Assembly: GCA_934613415.1 (NCBI GenBank)
Contig: CAKTSY010000003.1
Coordinates: forward strand, 300,001-332,000
Direction: 5' to 3'
DNA length: 32,000 nt
Source: an uncultured Opitutales bacterium
Lineage (GTDB): Bacteria > Verrucomicrobiota > Verrucomicrobiia > Opitutales > Intestinicryptomonadaceae
Shown here piece by piece: positions 1-9,030 of this stretch; within the stretch, counting starts at the first letter, position 1; each line of letters begins with the position of its first letter. The notes beneath the pieces were generated by a model, which saw nothing but the letters and a program-made list of their open reading frames with translations, did no database searches and was not told where the DNA came from. Position numbers and translations under genes: made by a program.

Positions 1-1
1 A

Positions 2-160
2 AGAGCCTTGTTGGCGGCGGCAAAACAGCTTAAAAAATCGAACGGCACAATAGTTTTGTCGAGCCTTAGCGCAAACGTAAAGCAGGTTTTCGAAATCTCG
101 GGCTTTACAAGCATATTCCCCATCCACGCGTCTAAAGACGAAGCGGTAAAGTCGTTTTAA
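2..160 (+). CDS. 3' end of a STAS-domain anti-sigma-factor antagonist (SpoIIAA/RsbV-like); partial, 5' end lies outside the window
   Basis: Frame 2 reads ...GTIVLSSLSANVKQVFEISGFTSIFPIHASKDEAVKSF* with TAA at 158..160. This is the typical C-terminal pattern of STAS antagonists. The ORF is truncated and absent from the ORF track. Confidence 0.55.
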   Translation, partial: RALLAAAKQLKKSNGTIVLSSLSANVKQVFEISGFTSIFPIHASKDEAVKSF

Positions 161-191
161 CGGCTAAAAAATTTATTCTTTGCGGCACACT

Positions 192-210
192 GCGGCGAAT
201 TTGCCGCTTT
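192..210 (+). terminator. Weak candidate intrinsic terminator after the STAS gene
   Basis: GCGGCG (192..197), loop AATT, TGCCGC (202..207) including one G-T pair, followed by only TTT. Both the stem and the T-tract are short. Confidence 0.3.
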
Positions 211-268
211 GCGCTTTGTGTACGCGTAAAATGCGCCAAAAAATTTTAATCTACAAATTTATAAATAT

Positions 269-1759
269 ATGGCAGAAAAAACAGCTATTACCCCCACTAG
301 GGCGCAAGACTATCCCGAATGGTACCAACAGGTTATAAAGGCCTCTCAGTTGGCGGAAACTAGCCCCGTAAGAGGCTGTATGGTAATTAAGCCCAACGGC
401 TACGCCCTTTGGGAAAATATGCAAAAGGCTCTCGACAAAGCCTTTAAAGACACGGGGCACAAAAACGCGTATTTCCCCCTGTTTATTCCCGTAAGCTTTT
501 TGCAAAAAGAAGCCGAACACGTAGAGGGCTTTGCAAAGGAATGCGCCGTTGTAACACATTCCAAACTTGAAATGAAAGACGGCAAGCTCGTTCCAGCCTC
601 GCCGTTGGAAGAGCCTTTGATTGTGCGCCCCACTTCCGAAACCATTATCGGCGAGATGTATTCTAGATGGGTGCAGTCGTATAGAGACTTGCCCATTTTG
701 ATAAACCAGTGGGCAAATGTTGTAAGGTGGGAAATGCGCACGCGCCTGTTTTTGCGCACGGCCGAATTTTTGTGGCAGGAGGGCCATACCGCACACGCCA
801 CCAAGCAGGAGGCAATAGAAGAAACCGAAAAAATGCTTAAAGTTTACGCCGACTTTGCCAAAAACTACATGGCAATGCCCGTAATTTGCGGTCAAAAAAC
901 CGAGGGCGAAAAATTCCCCGGGGCGGTTCACACCTACTGCATAGAGGCAATGATGCAAGACGGCAAGGCTCTTCAAGCTGGAACTTCGCACTTTCTGGGG
1001 CAAAACTTTGCAAAGGCAAGCAACATAAAGTTTTTGGCCGAAAGCGGCAAAACCGAGTTTGCGTGGACTACCTCGTGGGGCGTTTCGACAAGGCTTATAG
1101 GCGGGCTTATAATGACACATTCCGACGACAACGGTTTGGTGCTGCCGCCAATGCTTGCCCCCGTTCACGTTGTTATAATTCCCGTAATCCACAAAGAGCA
1201 GGACAAAGCCGCGGTTATGGACTATTGCCAAAAGCTAAAGGAGGCACTGCAAAACGAAAAATTCGACAACAAACCCATTTCGGTAGAGCTAGACGCGCGC
1301 GATATGCGCGGCGGCGAAAAGAACTGGTATTGGGTAAAATGCGGCGTTCCCCTTAGGGTAGAAGTTGGCCCGCGCGACATTGCAAACGATTCGGTATTTG
1401 TAGGCCGCAGAGACTGCGACAAAAAGCAGGCGTTTAAGCGCGGCGAATTTGTGCAAAATGTTTCGGCAACCCTAAGCGAAATGCAAAACGGCCTATACGA
1501 AAGGGCACTAAAGAGACTGCACGACAACACAAAGGTTATAACAAGCAAAGAAGATTTTTACGACTACTTTGCTGACGGCAGGCCCTGCGGCTTTGCGCTG
1601 GCGCACTACAACGGCTCGGCCGAGGTAGAAGATATGCTTAGAAAAGACCTTAAAGTTACGGTGCGCTGCATACCTTTCGAGGGCGACAAAAGCGAGGGAA
1701 CTTGCATATTTACAGGCCAGCCTAGCAAGCAGATGGTTGTTTTTGCAAAATCGTACTAA
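269..1759 (+). CDS. proS: Prolyl-tRNA synthetase, archaeal/eukaryote-like type without the insertion editing domain
   Basis: 496 aa with ATG at 269. It has the class II aaRS core (RPTSET, FLRTAEFLWQEGHT, GTSHFLGQNF), an anticodon-binding region, and a C-terminal domain ending in ...AKSY (terminal Tyr), which is typical of this ProRS type. Confidence 0.95.
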   Translation: MAEKTAITPTRAQDYPEWYQQVIKASQLAETSPVRGCMVIKPNGYALWENMQKALDKAFKDTGHKNAYFPLFIPVSFLQKEAEHVEGFAKECAVVTHSKLEMKDGKLVPASPLEEPLIVRPTSETIIGEMYSRWVQSYRDLPILINQWANVVRWEMRTRLFLRTAEFLWQEGHTAHATKQEAIEETEKMLKVYADFAKNYMAMPVICGQKTEGEKFPGAVHTYCIEAMMQDGKALQAGTSHFLGQNFAKASNIKFLAESGKTEFAWTTSWGVSTRLIGGLIMTHSDDNGLVLPPMLAPVHVVIIPVIHKEQDKAAVMDYCQKLKEALQNEKFDNKPISVELDARDMRGGEKNWYWVKCGVPLRVEVGPRDIANDSVFVGRRDCDKKQAFKRGEFVQNVSATLSEMQNGLYERALKRLHDNTKVITSKEDFYDYFADGRPCGFALAHYNGSAEVEDMLRKDLKVTVRCIPFEGDKSEGTCIFTGQPSKQMVVFAKSY

Positions 1760-1780
1760 ATTAAAAACAAAGCCCATTCA

Positions 1781-1810
1781 AAAAAAGCTCCCTTACGAGG
1801 GAGCTTTTTT
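1781..1810 (+). terminator. Intrinsic terminator downstream of proS
   Basis: AAAAAAGCTCCCT (1781..1793), loop TACG, AGGGAGCTTTTTT (1798..1810). The stem is perfect and GC-rich, with an A-tract on one side and a T-tract on the other. Confidence 0.85.
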
Positions 1811-1853
1811 GCGTTTTTTCAAAGTTGCATTTAAAAGAAATTAAAAAAAACAA

Positions 1854-1887
1854 AAAGCCCGCAGTTTTTTTGCGGGCTTTGTTTTTT
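1854..1887. terminator. Bidirectional intrinsic terminator between convergent proS and the GH97 gene
   Basis: AAAGCCCGCA (1854..1863), loop GTTTTTT, TGCGGGCTTT (1871..1880), then GTTTTTT. On the minus strand the same hairpin is followed by a T-rich run, and it sits 22 nt past the GH97 stop at 1909. Confidence 0.8.
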
Positions 1888-1908
1888 ATGAGAATAAAAA
1901 AGTGTTTT

Positions 1909-3885
1909 CTATTTTTTAACAATCTTTACAGCGACTCCGCCAAACTTTGCAAGGTTTAGCTTTAAAGTATCGCCCTTCTTTACGGCAAAGACTTTTTTGA
2001 CGTAGCTATTGGGATCTTTGTCGCAATTAATGCTGTCGGCAAAAACGGTTGCCTCGTATTGGCCTTCGTCTAAAAAGTCTAAATCTATCTTAAAGTTTTG
2101 GGCGTTTTTGTCGGTAATTGCGCCAATATACCAGTTTTTGCCGCTTTGGCGTGCAATGGCAACATATTCGCCGAACTTTGCGTTAAGCACTTTTGTGTTG
2201 TCCCACACGGTCGGAGTTTGGGCGATAAACTCGGCAACGTCCATCTTCTTTTGATATTCGGTGGGGGTATCACACAACATCTGGCAGGGAGCATAATATA
2301 GCACATACAAAGCCATTTCGTTGCAAAGAGTGCCCATGCCAAAAGGCGTAGATCTGCTTATTATAACCTGCTCGGGTTTCTTTAAAGCTGGCAGCTGCCT
2401 GCGCATTGCCCCGGGGGTAAAGTCCATAGGTCCGCAAAGCATTCTTGTAAACACCAAGTCTATTTTATGGCGCGGCGTTTGCTTGTCCGACCATTTGTTC
2501 CATTCGTTGCCCAAAACGCCCTCGTAGTTTACAATGTTAGGATACGTTCTGTCTAACCCCACGGGCTTGGGGCAGCCGTGGTAGTCTAACACAAGCTTTC
2601 TTTCGGCGGCAGCGCGGGCAACGTTTTCAAAAAAGTCCATAGCGTTTTGGTCGTCTCTATCCATAAAGTCTATTTTTAAGCCCGCAATGCCCCAATTTTT
2701 TACCCTGTCTAAAAAGGTGGTATAGTCGGGCTGCATTCCGCGCGAAGAACCCCACAAAATAACTTCTACATTCTTAGACTTTGCATATTTTACCAATTCG
2801 GGAATGTCTATTATTGTTTCGCCATAGCCTTCGGTGTCGTAGCCCTTTTCGCCCAGCTTAAGCCAGCCTGCGTCTACAACCAAAAAGGGAGCTTTTACGC
2901 TGGCTGCAAAATCTATGTATTTTTTGTAGGTTTCAAGATTTACGCCCGTTTTAAAATCGGCGTTTTCAAGATTCCAATTGTTCCACCATTCCCAGGCCGC
3001 CGAGCCGAACTTTATCCAGCTGGTATCTTTAAGCGCGCAAGGTTTCGCCAATTTGTATACTATATTGTTGTCGGCCAAAACGGCGTCGTTTTCGGCAATA
3101 AGGAATATGCGCCAAGGGAAGGATCTGTCGGCCTTTGTTTGGGCGATATAGTCGGCTCTTTCCCTTACAATGTAGGCAGAGGCAGCGTGGCCTGCTCTTT
3201 CTATTTTGGTGGGATACTTTGCAAACGCGCCCGTAAGCGGAGATTTGCCCGTTTGCATTGTAAAATTCATTTGCGGGTAGCTTCTTGTGTCCGACTCTAG
3301 AATGGCAACTTTTGCATTTTTTGCCTGAACAATCAAAGGCAGCGAAATCATTTTTTCCTTGTACAAATTGCCTATTGTTGTGGGCGTAAAAAGCGATTCG
3401 TAGCTATGGTAAAAGCCGTCTATAATGTGGGCATAAGCCTTGCTGCTTGGGTCGAATTTGTACGAGGCAACTTCGTCGAAAACCGTAAGGGCAGCGTCTT
3501 TTTCGCCCTTCGATACAAAGCGGTAGGCAACGGCGTCGCAATAAATCCTAAACTGCAAGTCGAAATTTTCGAAATTAAAGGTAAATTCTTTGTAGTTGTC
3601 GGCAATTTCGGCGCGTGTGCCGTGAACCGTCTTTATAACGCCGCTGTGCGATTTTTCGGAAACGCCGAGCAGCTTGGAATCTACGCCAAATGCACCCTTG
3701 TTTGTAAGCATTGCAATTCTTGCATTTGGCACAACTTCTTTGCCGTCGTATTTAACCGAAAATTCTATGCTGTTTTCGATATTTACGTTTACGCAAATGT
3801 CGCCGTTTTTAATTTCCCTCTTTTCCGCAAATAGCGATGCAATCGCGGCAAAGAACCCCATAAATATAACGAATAACTTTTTCAT
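1909..3885 (-). CDS. Secreted glycoside hydrolase family 97 (alpha-glucosidase/alpha-galactosidase, SusB-like)
   Basis: Motifs include FPWRIFLIAEN, WEWWNNWN, GLKIDFMDRDDQ and NYEGVLGNEWNKW, with the three-domain length typical of GH97. I moved the start to ATG 3885 (MKKLFVIFMGFFAAIASLFA, a signal peptide). The ORF-track start at 3981 would overlap the upstream helicase gene. Confidence 0.85.
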   Translation of the reverse strand: MKKLFVIFMGFFAAIASLFAEKREIKNGDICVNVNIENSIEFSVKYDGKEVVPNARIAMLTNKGAFGVDSKLLGVSEKSHSGVIKTVHGTRAEIADNYKEFTFNFENFDLQFRIYCDAVAYRFVSKGEKDAALTVFDEVASYKFDPSSKAYAHIIDGFYHSYESLFTPTTIGNLYKEKMISLPLIVQAKNAKVAILESDTRSYPQMNFTMQTGKSPLTGAFAKYPTKIERAGHAASAYIVRERADYIAQTKADRSFPWRIFLIAENDAVLADNNIVYKLAKPCALKDTSWIKFGSAAWEWWNNWNLENADFKTGVNLETYKKYIDFAASVKAPFLVVDAGWLKLGEKGYDTEGYGETIIDIPELVKYAKSKNVEVILWGSSRGMQPDYTTFLDRVKNWGIAGLKIDFMDRDDQNAMDFFENVARAAAERKLVLDYHGCPKPVGLDRTYPNIVNYEGVLGNEWNKWSDKQTPRHKIDLVFTRMLCGPMDFTPGAMRRQLPALKKPEQVIISRSTPFGMGTLCNEMALYVLYYAPCQMLCDTPTEYQKKMDVAEFIAQTPTVWDNTKVLNAKFGEYVAIARQSGKNWYIGAITDKNAQNFKIDLDFLDEGQYEATVFADSINCDKDPNSYVKKVFAVKKGDTLKLNLAKFGGVAVKIVKK

Positions 3886-3958
3886 TGAGGCAAAGTAAAC
3901 ATTGCCTATTGCCAATACGCAAGAATAAAAATTTTTACGCGCAAAAAAAAGCGGCCTG

Positions 3959-5287
3959 CTACATTTTGCGCTTGCCGGCAAGCTTTGCTATTTTCGACTT
4001 TTTCTTGAAATTGCCGAAGCTGTCGCGCTTTTCGCCGAAGTCGCGCTTAAACGTTCTGTTCTTTTTGCTGTTTTTCGCTTCCTCTTTGCTTGGAGGGCGC
4101 GGGGGCTTGCATTTCATATCCAGCAGCCTGCGGCTAAAGAAGGGGTTTTCGCCTTCCGAAGCTACGGGAATTTCCTTTTTAATTAAACGCTCTATGGGCC
4201 TTAAAAGCCACAAATCTTTGTCGCAACAAAAGCTTACCGCCACCCCCGAAAGGTTTGCGCGGGCGGTTCTGCCAATTCTATGCACATAGTTTTCTATTTC
4301 AGCGGGAAGGTCGTAGTTTACAACAAGCGACATATTTTCAACATCTATGCCCCTTGCGGCAATGTCGGTTGCAGCCAACACCCTAACTTGGCGACTTTTA
4401 AACATATTAAGCGAACGCTGGCGGCTTGTCTGGGTTTTGTCGCCGTGAATGCACATTGTTTCGGTGCCAGCCTTTGTAAGCCTTTTGGCTATAGACGACG
4501 CCTGTCTTTTTGTTTTCGAGAACACCAATATAAGGCTGTCGGGATTGTCCTTAAAAGTTTTGCCTACCAAATATTTTAAAAGCTCGAATTTATGCTCGCT
4601 TTCAACAAAAAACAGTTTCTGCTCTATGCGGTCGGCAGTGGGTTTGTCGGGCGCAATGCTCACCGATTCTGCATCGTCTTTTACAATAAACTTTGCCAAG
4701 TCTTTAACTTCGGTCGAAAGCGTTGCCGAAAAAAGCAAACTTTGTCTTTGAAAAGGCAGCATTCTTGCAATTCTTCGTATGTCGGGCAAAAAGCCCATAT
4801 CAAGCATTCTGTCGGCTTCGTCTAAAACAAGAAATTCAACTTTCGACAAATCCGCCAATTTCTGGTTTTTAAGGTCTATTAAGCGCCCCGGGGTGGCAAC
4901 TACAACGTCTACCCCCTCTTCCAGTGCCCTAACCTGCGACTTTTGCGAAACGCCGCCGTATATCTTGCGCACTTTTATATCCGTAAATTTGCAATAGGCC
5001 TCCATATTCTGGGCAACTTGTTCGGCAAGCTCTCTTGTAGGCAGCAAAACCAACGCCCTAAAGGAAAACGGCTGCCTAGGTTTCCCGTCTTTAAGCAGCT
5101 CGGTTATAATGGGCAGTGCAAATGCCGCCGTTTTGCCGGTGCCAGTTTGCGCGCAGGCAAAAAGGTCTTTTTTTTGCAAGACAAGGGGTATTGCCTTTTG
5201 CTGTATCGGCGACGGCGTTTTATAGCCCATCTGTTCTATTGCCGACAACAATTCGTCGGGCAAATTTAGCTCTTTAAAAAATTGCAT
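3959..5287 (-). CDS. DEAD-box ATP-dependent RNA helicase (RhlE-like, basic C-terminal tail)
   Basis: Q-motif region (TPSPIQ), Walker A AQTGTGKT, PTRELA, VLDEADRML (DEAD), SAT, HRIGRTAR, and a Lys/Arg-rich tail. ATG at 5287 lies 3 nt after the exosortase stop. Confidence 0.9.
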   Translation of the reverse strand: MQFFKELNLPDELLSAIEQMGYKTPSPIQQKAIPLVLQKKDLFACAQTGTGKTAAFALPIITELLKDGKPRQPFSFRALVLLPTRELAEQVAQNMEAYCKFTDIKVRKIYGGVSQKSQVRALEEGVDVVVATPGRLIDLKNQKLADLSKVEFLVLDEADRMLDMGFLPDIRRIARMLPFQRQSLLFSATLSTEVKDLAKFIVKDDAESVSIAPDKPTADRIEQKLFFVESEHKFELLKYLVGKTFKDNPDSLILVFSKTKRQASSIAKRLTKAGTETMCIHGDKTQTSRQRSLNMFKSRQVRVLAATDIAARGIDVENMSLVVNYDLPAEIENYVHRIGRTARANLSGVAVSFCCDKDLWLLRPIERLIKKEIPVASEGENPFFSRRLLDMKCKPPRPPSKEEAKNSKKNRTFKRDFGEKRDSFGNFKKKSKIAKLAGKRKM

Positions 5288-5290
5288 ACT

Positions 5291-6286
5291 CTATTTTTCG
5301 CCGTCTTTTTTGGCAGCTTGGTCTCTAAATTCTTTAGGAATCGGGTTTATTTCCAAAATCTTTACAATTATCCACAAGCCCAAAACCGTCATACCCAAAA
5401 CGAAATAACCCGCGGCGTCGTGTACAAACCCCGCAATAGAATCGGGGCCGTTTTCGTAGGCGTATACCGAAAGGAACAATGCCCTTAATATGTTGTTAAA
5501 AAACGCCAACATCATAGAAGACAGCACCAAAAAAACCTTCTTCCACGTTTTTTTAAGGAAAACCGCCGCCAAAAAAGTTCCGGCAAAAAGACAGGCGGTA
5601 AGGCTTCGTATGCCGCTGCAAGCGTCGGCAACGCCAACTTGCCCGTTGGGGAAACTAAGCACATTGCCGTTTAACCTAACTATATAGCCCAATGCGTCCA
5701 TGACCGTTGTTGTAACCGCAGCCACCTTCGAAAGCAAAAACAGGCTTATTTTTGTTTCTATAACCGAAAACATAGGGGCCGCAACCAAAAGCGAAAAGCA
5801 CGGGAACACAAAAAGAGACAGGAATGCCAGCCTTTCGCCAAGCGGCTTTTTTTGCCCCGCCGAATTTTGCGCCGATGCAAAATACGCAAACGAAAAAGAC
5901 AAAAAGCAAAAGCAAAAAGTTGCCGCTGTTCCGCAAATGCCCCAGTTTTGCGTTATCGAAAAAAGCAGCATAAAAAGCAGATACATTGCAAACGAACACG
6001 CAAACATTGCGCCGAAAAAACCGTTCGTCAAAAAGTTTTTAATTTTCGAAGAACTCTCGGCTTTTGCGGGCGAATTGTAGTAGCAAAAAATTTTGTCTTT
6101 TCTGTCGTACAAAACAAATAGTATAAAAAGCGGGGCTATGTAGCCGAAAGAGTAGTCGGCCCTGGTGTCCCACGAATATGCCAAAATTCTGCACACCGAA
6201 AAGCCCATAACCAAAAAGGCGGCAAAGAAAACCTGCGGCAAAAGCGGCAGCCTAAAAAACGCGTATTTCTCTTTAAGTTTTTCCAT
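5291..6286 (-). CDS. Exosortase (EpsH/Xrt family polytopic membrane transpeptidase)
   Basis: 331 aa and multi-TM. The family catalytic signature is present: Cys223 in VADACSGIRS (codon 5618..5620), Arg268 in FFNNILRALF, and His289 in FVHDAAGYF. It lies directly downstream of an EpsI-family gene. Confidence 0.85.
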   Translation of the reverse strand: MEKLKEKYAFFRLPLLPQVFFAAFLVMGFSVCRILAYSWDTRADYSFGYIAPLFILFVLYDRKDKIFCYYNSPAKAESSSKIKNFLTNGFFGAMFACSFAMYLLFMLLFSITQNWGICGTAATFCFCFLSFSFAYFASAQNSAGQKKPLGERLAFLSLFVFPCFSLLVAAPMFSVIETKISLFLLSKVAAVTTTVMDALGYIVRLNGNVLSFPNGQVGVADACSGIRSLTACLFAGTFLAAVFLKKTWKKVFLVLSSMMLAFFNNILRALFLSVYAYENGPDSIAGFVHDAAGYFVLGMTVLGLWIIVKILEINPIPKEFRDQAAKKDGEK

Positions 6287-6295
6287 ATTTGCAAA

Positions 6296-7009
6296 TTACT
6301 TTTGGTATAATGTAAGCTTTCCCAAAGCGTCCATTACGGTTAAAAAGTCTTGGTTTTGCATAAGCGAGTATATGTCTTGCGAAGAATCTACCCTAACAAA
6401 ATAGCATTCGGGCGAAACCGTAAATGCGTCGCGCAGCATATTCTGAAAATATTTTTTTAATGACGGAATTGCGTTGTCGCTTGTGCCGTAGTCGTAGCGT
6501 TTGCCGTTTACTACAAACCAAAAAATAACATTGCGCCGCGCAGTGCCAGCATCGGTTTTATAGACAAATTCCCTATAGTAGGCTGGCATAAGTTTTTTGC
6601 CGTTTACCGAAAAAACCTCGTTAAACTTCTTTTTTTGCTCTATGTTTTTCCAGCCGTTTTCAACCCAACATCTGTCGGGGGTGTGTGCCGAAGCCCTTAT
6701 TGTAGACTCTTTGCCCTCGCCCCAATACGAGATATACACGGTAAACTCGGTGCCGTTGCCGTCTGTATAGCTACGGTTGAAATATTCGCTTACGGCCAAA
6801 TATTTTTCGGCGGCTCTTACAACTTCTTCGGTGTTGCCAAGCGGCTTTTCCTTAGAAGTAAACGCCCCGACTTTTTCGGGTATTATTGCGTTCATATGCC
6901 CTACGGGTTTTGCGGCTTTAGGCTGGGCGGAAAAATCTACCCTAATAAATGCCAATATAACGCCGACAACGGCCGCAAAAAGCGCAAGCGCAACAAAAAA
7001 CTTCTTCAT
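6296..7009 (-). CDS. epsI: Exosortase-associated EpsI-family protein (N-terminal membrane anchor)
   Basis: 237 aa. N-terminal TM segment (FFVALALFAAVVGVILAF), then the EpsI-like pattern ...YISYWGEGKES..SAHTPDRCWVENGW...VIFWFVVNG. There is a 9-nt gap to the exosortase. Confidence 0.75.
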   Translation of the reverse strand: MKKFFVALALFAAVVGVILAFIRVDFSAQPKAAKPVGHMNAIIPEKVGAFTSKEKPLGNTEEVVRAAEKYLAVSEYFNRSYTDGNGTEFTVYISYWGEGKESTIRASAHTPDRCWVENGWKNIEQKKKFNEVFSVNGKKLMPAYYREFVYKTDAGTARRNVIFWFVVNGKRYDYGTSDNAIPSLKKYFQNMLRDAFTVSPECYFVRVDSSQDIYSLMQNQDFLTVMDALGKLTLYQK

Positions 7010-7015
7010 TCCTAA

Positions 7016-7046
7016 AATATTGCAAAAAACGTGAATGTTTTGTCAA
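7016..7046 (-). promoter_or_regulatory. Candidate sigma70-type promoter for the epsI-exosortase operon
   Basis: The minus strand reads TTGACA (7046..7041), 19 nt, then TGcAATATT (extended -10; hexamer 7021..7016), then 6 nt and the ATG. The -35 is a perfect match. The spacer is long, and the -10 sits so close to the ATG that the mRNA would be leaderless or nearly so. Confidence 0.3.
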
Positions 7047-7083
7047 CACTAAGAAAGCGCGCAAAGCCCATTGCCCGACAAAA

Positions 7084-7118
7084 AGAAAAGCCCGCGCAAA
7101 CTAAATTGCGCGGGCTTT
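7084..7118 (-). terminator. Intrinsic terminator downstream of potD
   Basis: GAAAAGCCCGCGCAA (7084..7098), loop ACTAAA, TTGCGCGGGCTTTC (7105..7118). On the minus strand the hairpin is followed by a T-rich run (CTTTTTGTC). It lies 27 nt past the potD stop. Confidence 0.8.
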
Positions 7119-7144
7119 CTATAAAAAACTTGCCTTGGATAAAA

Positions 7145-8197
7145 TTAGTTTACCTTTTCAAGCTTAACTTCGTCCCACAGCTTTATAAGCTTGTTGTTGT
7201 TATCGCCCAAGTCCAAAATTATTTCGGCGTTGTAAAGCTCGTCGGAAAGCTTTAGCCCTGGGTGGTTTTGAAGGGATTTATCTACCAATTCAAGCGCGCC
7301 GTCTACGGGCGAGTGATAGTAGGTTACTTCCATATTTTTGGCGGCAACGTCTTTTCTGCACAAAAAGTCTATGAATTTATACGCCAACTCTTTGTTTTTA
7401 GACGAGCTTAAAATTGCCAAGTTGTCGCTGGAAATGCTTGTGCCTTCCTTGGGAATCATAAAATCAAGGTCTTTTCTGTCTTCAAAAATCTGGAACAAGT
7501 CGCCGCTATAGCCCTGAACAATGTAAAATTCGCCCGAAGAAAGACCGTTTTTGTACACTTCGTTGTCGAACTTTGCCAAATTTTTCTTCCACTTTAAAAG
7601 CTGTTCTTTTGCCTTGGCAAGCGCCGCGTCGTCGGTTGTATTCATCGAATAGCCCAAGAATTTAAGGGCAGCGCCTATCGATTCGCGGAAGTCGTCTAGC
7701 ATGGTCATTCTCGATTTATATTCCGTTTTCGAGAAAACGTCCCATGTATTTTCTATTTTGCCGACTTTGTCTTTGTTGTAGGCAACGCATGTGTAGCTTA
7801 CCAAATAGGGAACGCAATATTCCATATTTTTGTCGAATGCCAACTTTTCCAAAAACTTTTTGTTTATGTTTGCCTTGGCATTGCCGAGCTTGTTTAGGTC
7901 GAGCTTGTCGATAAGCTTTTCGGCATACATAATTTTTGCCATATAGCTTGTGGGAACTACAATATCGTAGCCGTCGGCACCCGACTTGATTTTGGAGTAC
8001 ATAAGCTCGTTCGAGTCGAAAGTATCTACTCTAACCGTGCAGTTATTCTCCTTTTCGAAGGCCTTAACCATATCCATATCGATATAGTCCGACCAGTTAT
8101 AGACGTTCAGAACGGGCTTTGACGGGCCACAACCGAACATTAAACAAATGGCGGAAATTGCCGCCGCAATAAACAAGGACTGTTTTACCATCTTCAT
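7145..8197 (-). CDS. potD: Spermidine/putrescine ABC transporter substrate-binding lipoprotein
   Basis: 350 aa. Lipobox-like signal (AICLMFGC), LNVYNWSDYID and YDIVVPTSY patterns typical of PotD/PotF. It is last in a potA-B-C-D order. Confidence 0.85.
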   Translation of the reverse strand: MKMVKQSLFIAAAISAICLMFGCGPSKPVLNVYNWSDYIDMDMVKAFEKENNCTVRVDTFDSNELMYSKIKSGADGYDIVVPTSYMAKIMYAEKLIDKLDLNKLGNAKANINKKFLEKLAFDKNMEYCVPYLVSYTCVAYNKDKVGKIENTWDVFSKTEYKSRMTMLDDFRESIGAALKFLGYSMNTTDDAALAKAKEQLLKWKKNLAKFDNEVYKNGLSSGEFYIVQGYSGDLFQIFEDRKDLDFMIPKEGTSISSDNLAILSSSKNKELAYKFIDFLCRKDVAAKNMEVTYYHSPVDGALELVDKSLQNHPGLKLSDELYNAEIILDLGDNNNKLIKLWDEVKLEKVN

Positions 8198-8259
8198 TTT
8201 TTGCCTTTTTTGTTTTTTAGGTTATTATTGGTTAGAATATAAAGTATGTGTCGCAAAAT

Positions 8260-9030
8260 TTAGAACTTTTTGCGCGTTAAAATCTGCCCTATTATGGCAA
8301 CGGTTAAAGTCAAAGCCATGAACACAACCGAAAGCGCGTTTATTATGGCTGGGGCTCCGTGCTTCATCATACTAAACACCTTGACGGGCAATGTCGTGCT
8401 GCCGGGGCCGCCCACAAAAAACGTTATAACAAAGTCGTCCATCGAAAGTGTAAAGGCCATCATAGCTCCCGCCATAATGCCGGGCAGCAAAAGCGGCAGC
8501 GTAATTTTGCGCAAAATTCTAAAGTTGGAAGCCCCCAAGTCTTGCGCTGCCTGAATAAGCGAAAAGTCGAAATCCTGCAATCGGGCAAGCACCGTAAAAG
8601 TTACATAGCTTACGCAAAAGGTTACGTGCGCGATTATAACCGTAACCATACCAAGCGAAAAGCCCATATTCACAAAAAGCAGCAGCAAGCTTATGCCCAT
8701 AAGAATATCGGGCACAACCAAAGGCGCGTATATTAAAGAGTAGTGAAAGTTTTGGAACTTGCCCTTGTATTTGTTTAAAACCCACGCCGCCAACGTGCCA
8801 AGTATTGTAGAAATTACCGTGGCAACCAGCGCTATTATAAGGGTGTTTATCGAAGCGTCTATAACCGACTGGTCTTTAAACAAAGCCTCGTACCACTTAA
8901 GCGAAAAGCCCTTCCACGGCCCGCCGAAGCGCGACGCGTTAAACGACTGCGCAACCAACGCCACTATGGGCAAATACATAAACGCCAATACGAACAGCGC
9001 AACCAAAAGAGATGTATAACGGTTCTTCAT
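8260..9030 (-). CDS. potC: Spermidine/putrescine ABC transporter permease
   Basis: 256 aa with six TM segments. EAA-loop region AAQDLGASNFRILRKITLPLLLPGI. A 4-nt overlap with potB. Confidence 0.85.
   Translation of the reverse strand: MKNRYTSLLVALFVLAFMYLPIVALVAQSFNASRFGGPWKGFSLKWYEALFKDQSVIDASINTLIIALVATVISTILGTLAAWVLNKYKGKFQNFHYSLIYAPLVVPDILMGISLLLLFVNMGFSLGMVTVIIAHVTFCVSYVTFTVLARLQDFDFSLIQAAQDLGASNFRILRKITLPLLLPGIMAGAMMAFTLSMDDFVITFFVGGPGSTTLPVKVFSMMKHGAPAIINALSVVFMALTLTVAIIGQILTRKKF

Noticed and set aside
251-1231. 326-aa ORF antisense to proS. Similar long antisense ORFs occur at 20373..21278 (opposite mreB), 16879..17685 (opposite mrdA), and 26899..27501, 28081..28488 and 29071..29493 (opposite the AsmA-like gene).
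   Set aside because: Each lies fully inside a gene that has unmistakable family motifs on the other strand. Their translations are low-complexity or Arg/Cys/Phe-rich with no recognisable domain. They are shadow ORFs caused by codon bias.
3886-3981. N-terminal extensions in the ORF track: GH97 from 3981, potB from 10022, the GlcD-like gene from 13066, the amidohydrolase from 31994.
   Set aside because: Three of the four extended starts overlap the neighbouring gene, and the three I checked at the base level (13066, 31994 and the SET start at 30510) are TTG codons. Internal ATGs give canonical N-termini (a signal peptide, a first TM segment, or a family N-terminal motif).
3971-3982. Perfect 12-nt palindrome CTTGCCGGCAAG, followed on the minus strand by GGCCGC plus T8, near the helicase stop. 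This could be a terminator or a protein-binding site.
   Set aside because: The palindrome lies inside the helicase coding sequence and has no loop. I could not draw a convincing stem that ends at the T8 run. GH97 probably has its own weak promoter here, but I cannot support a terminator call.
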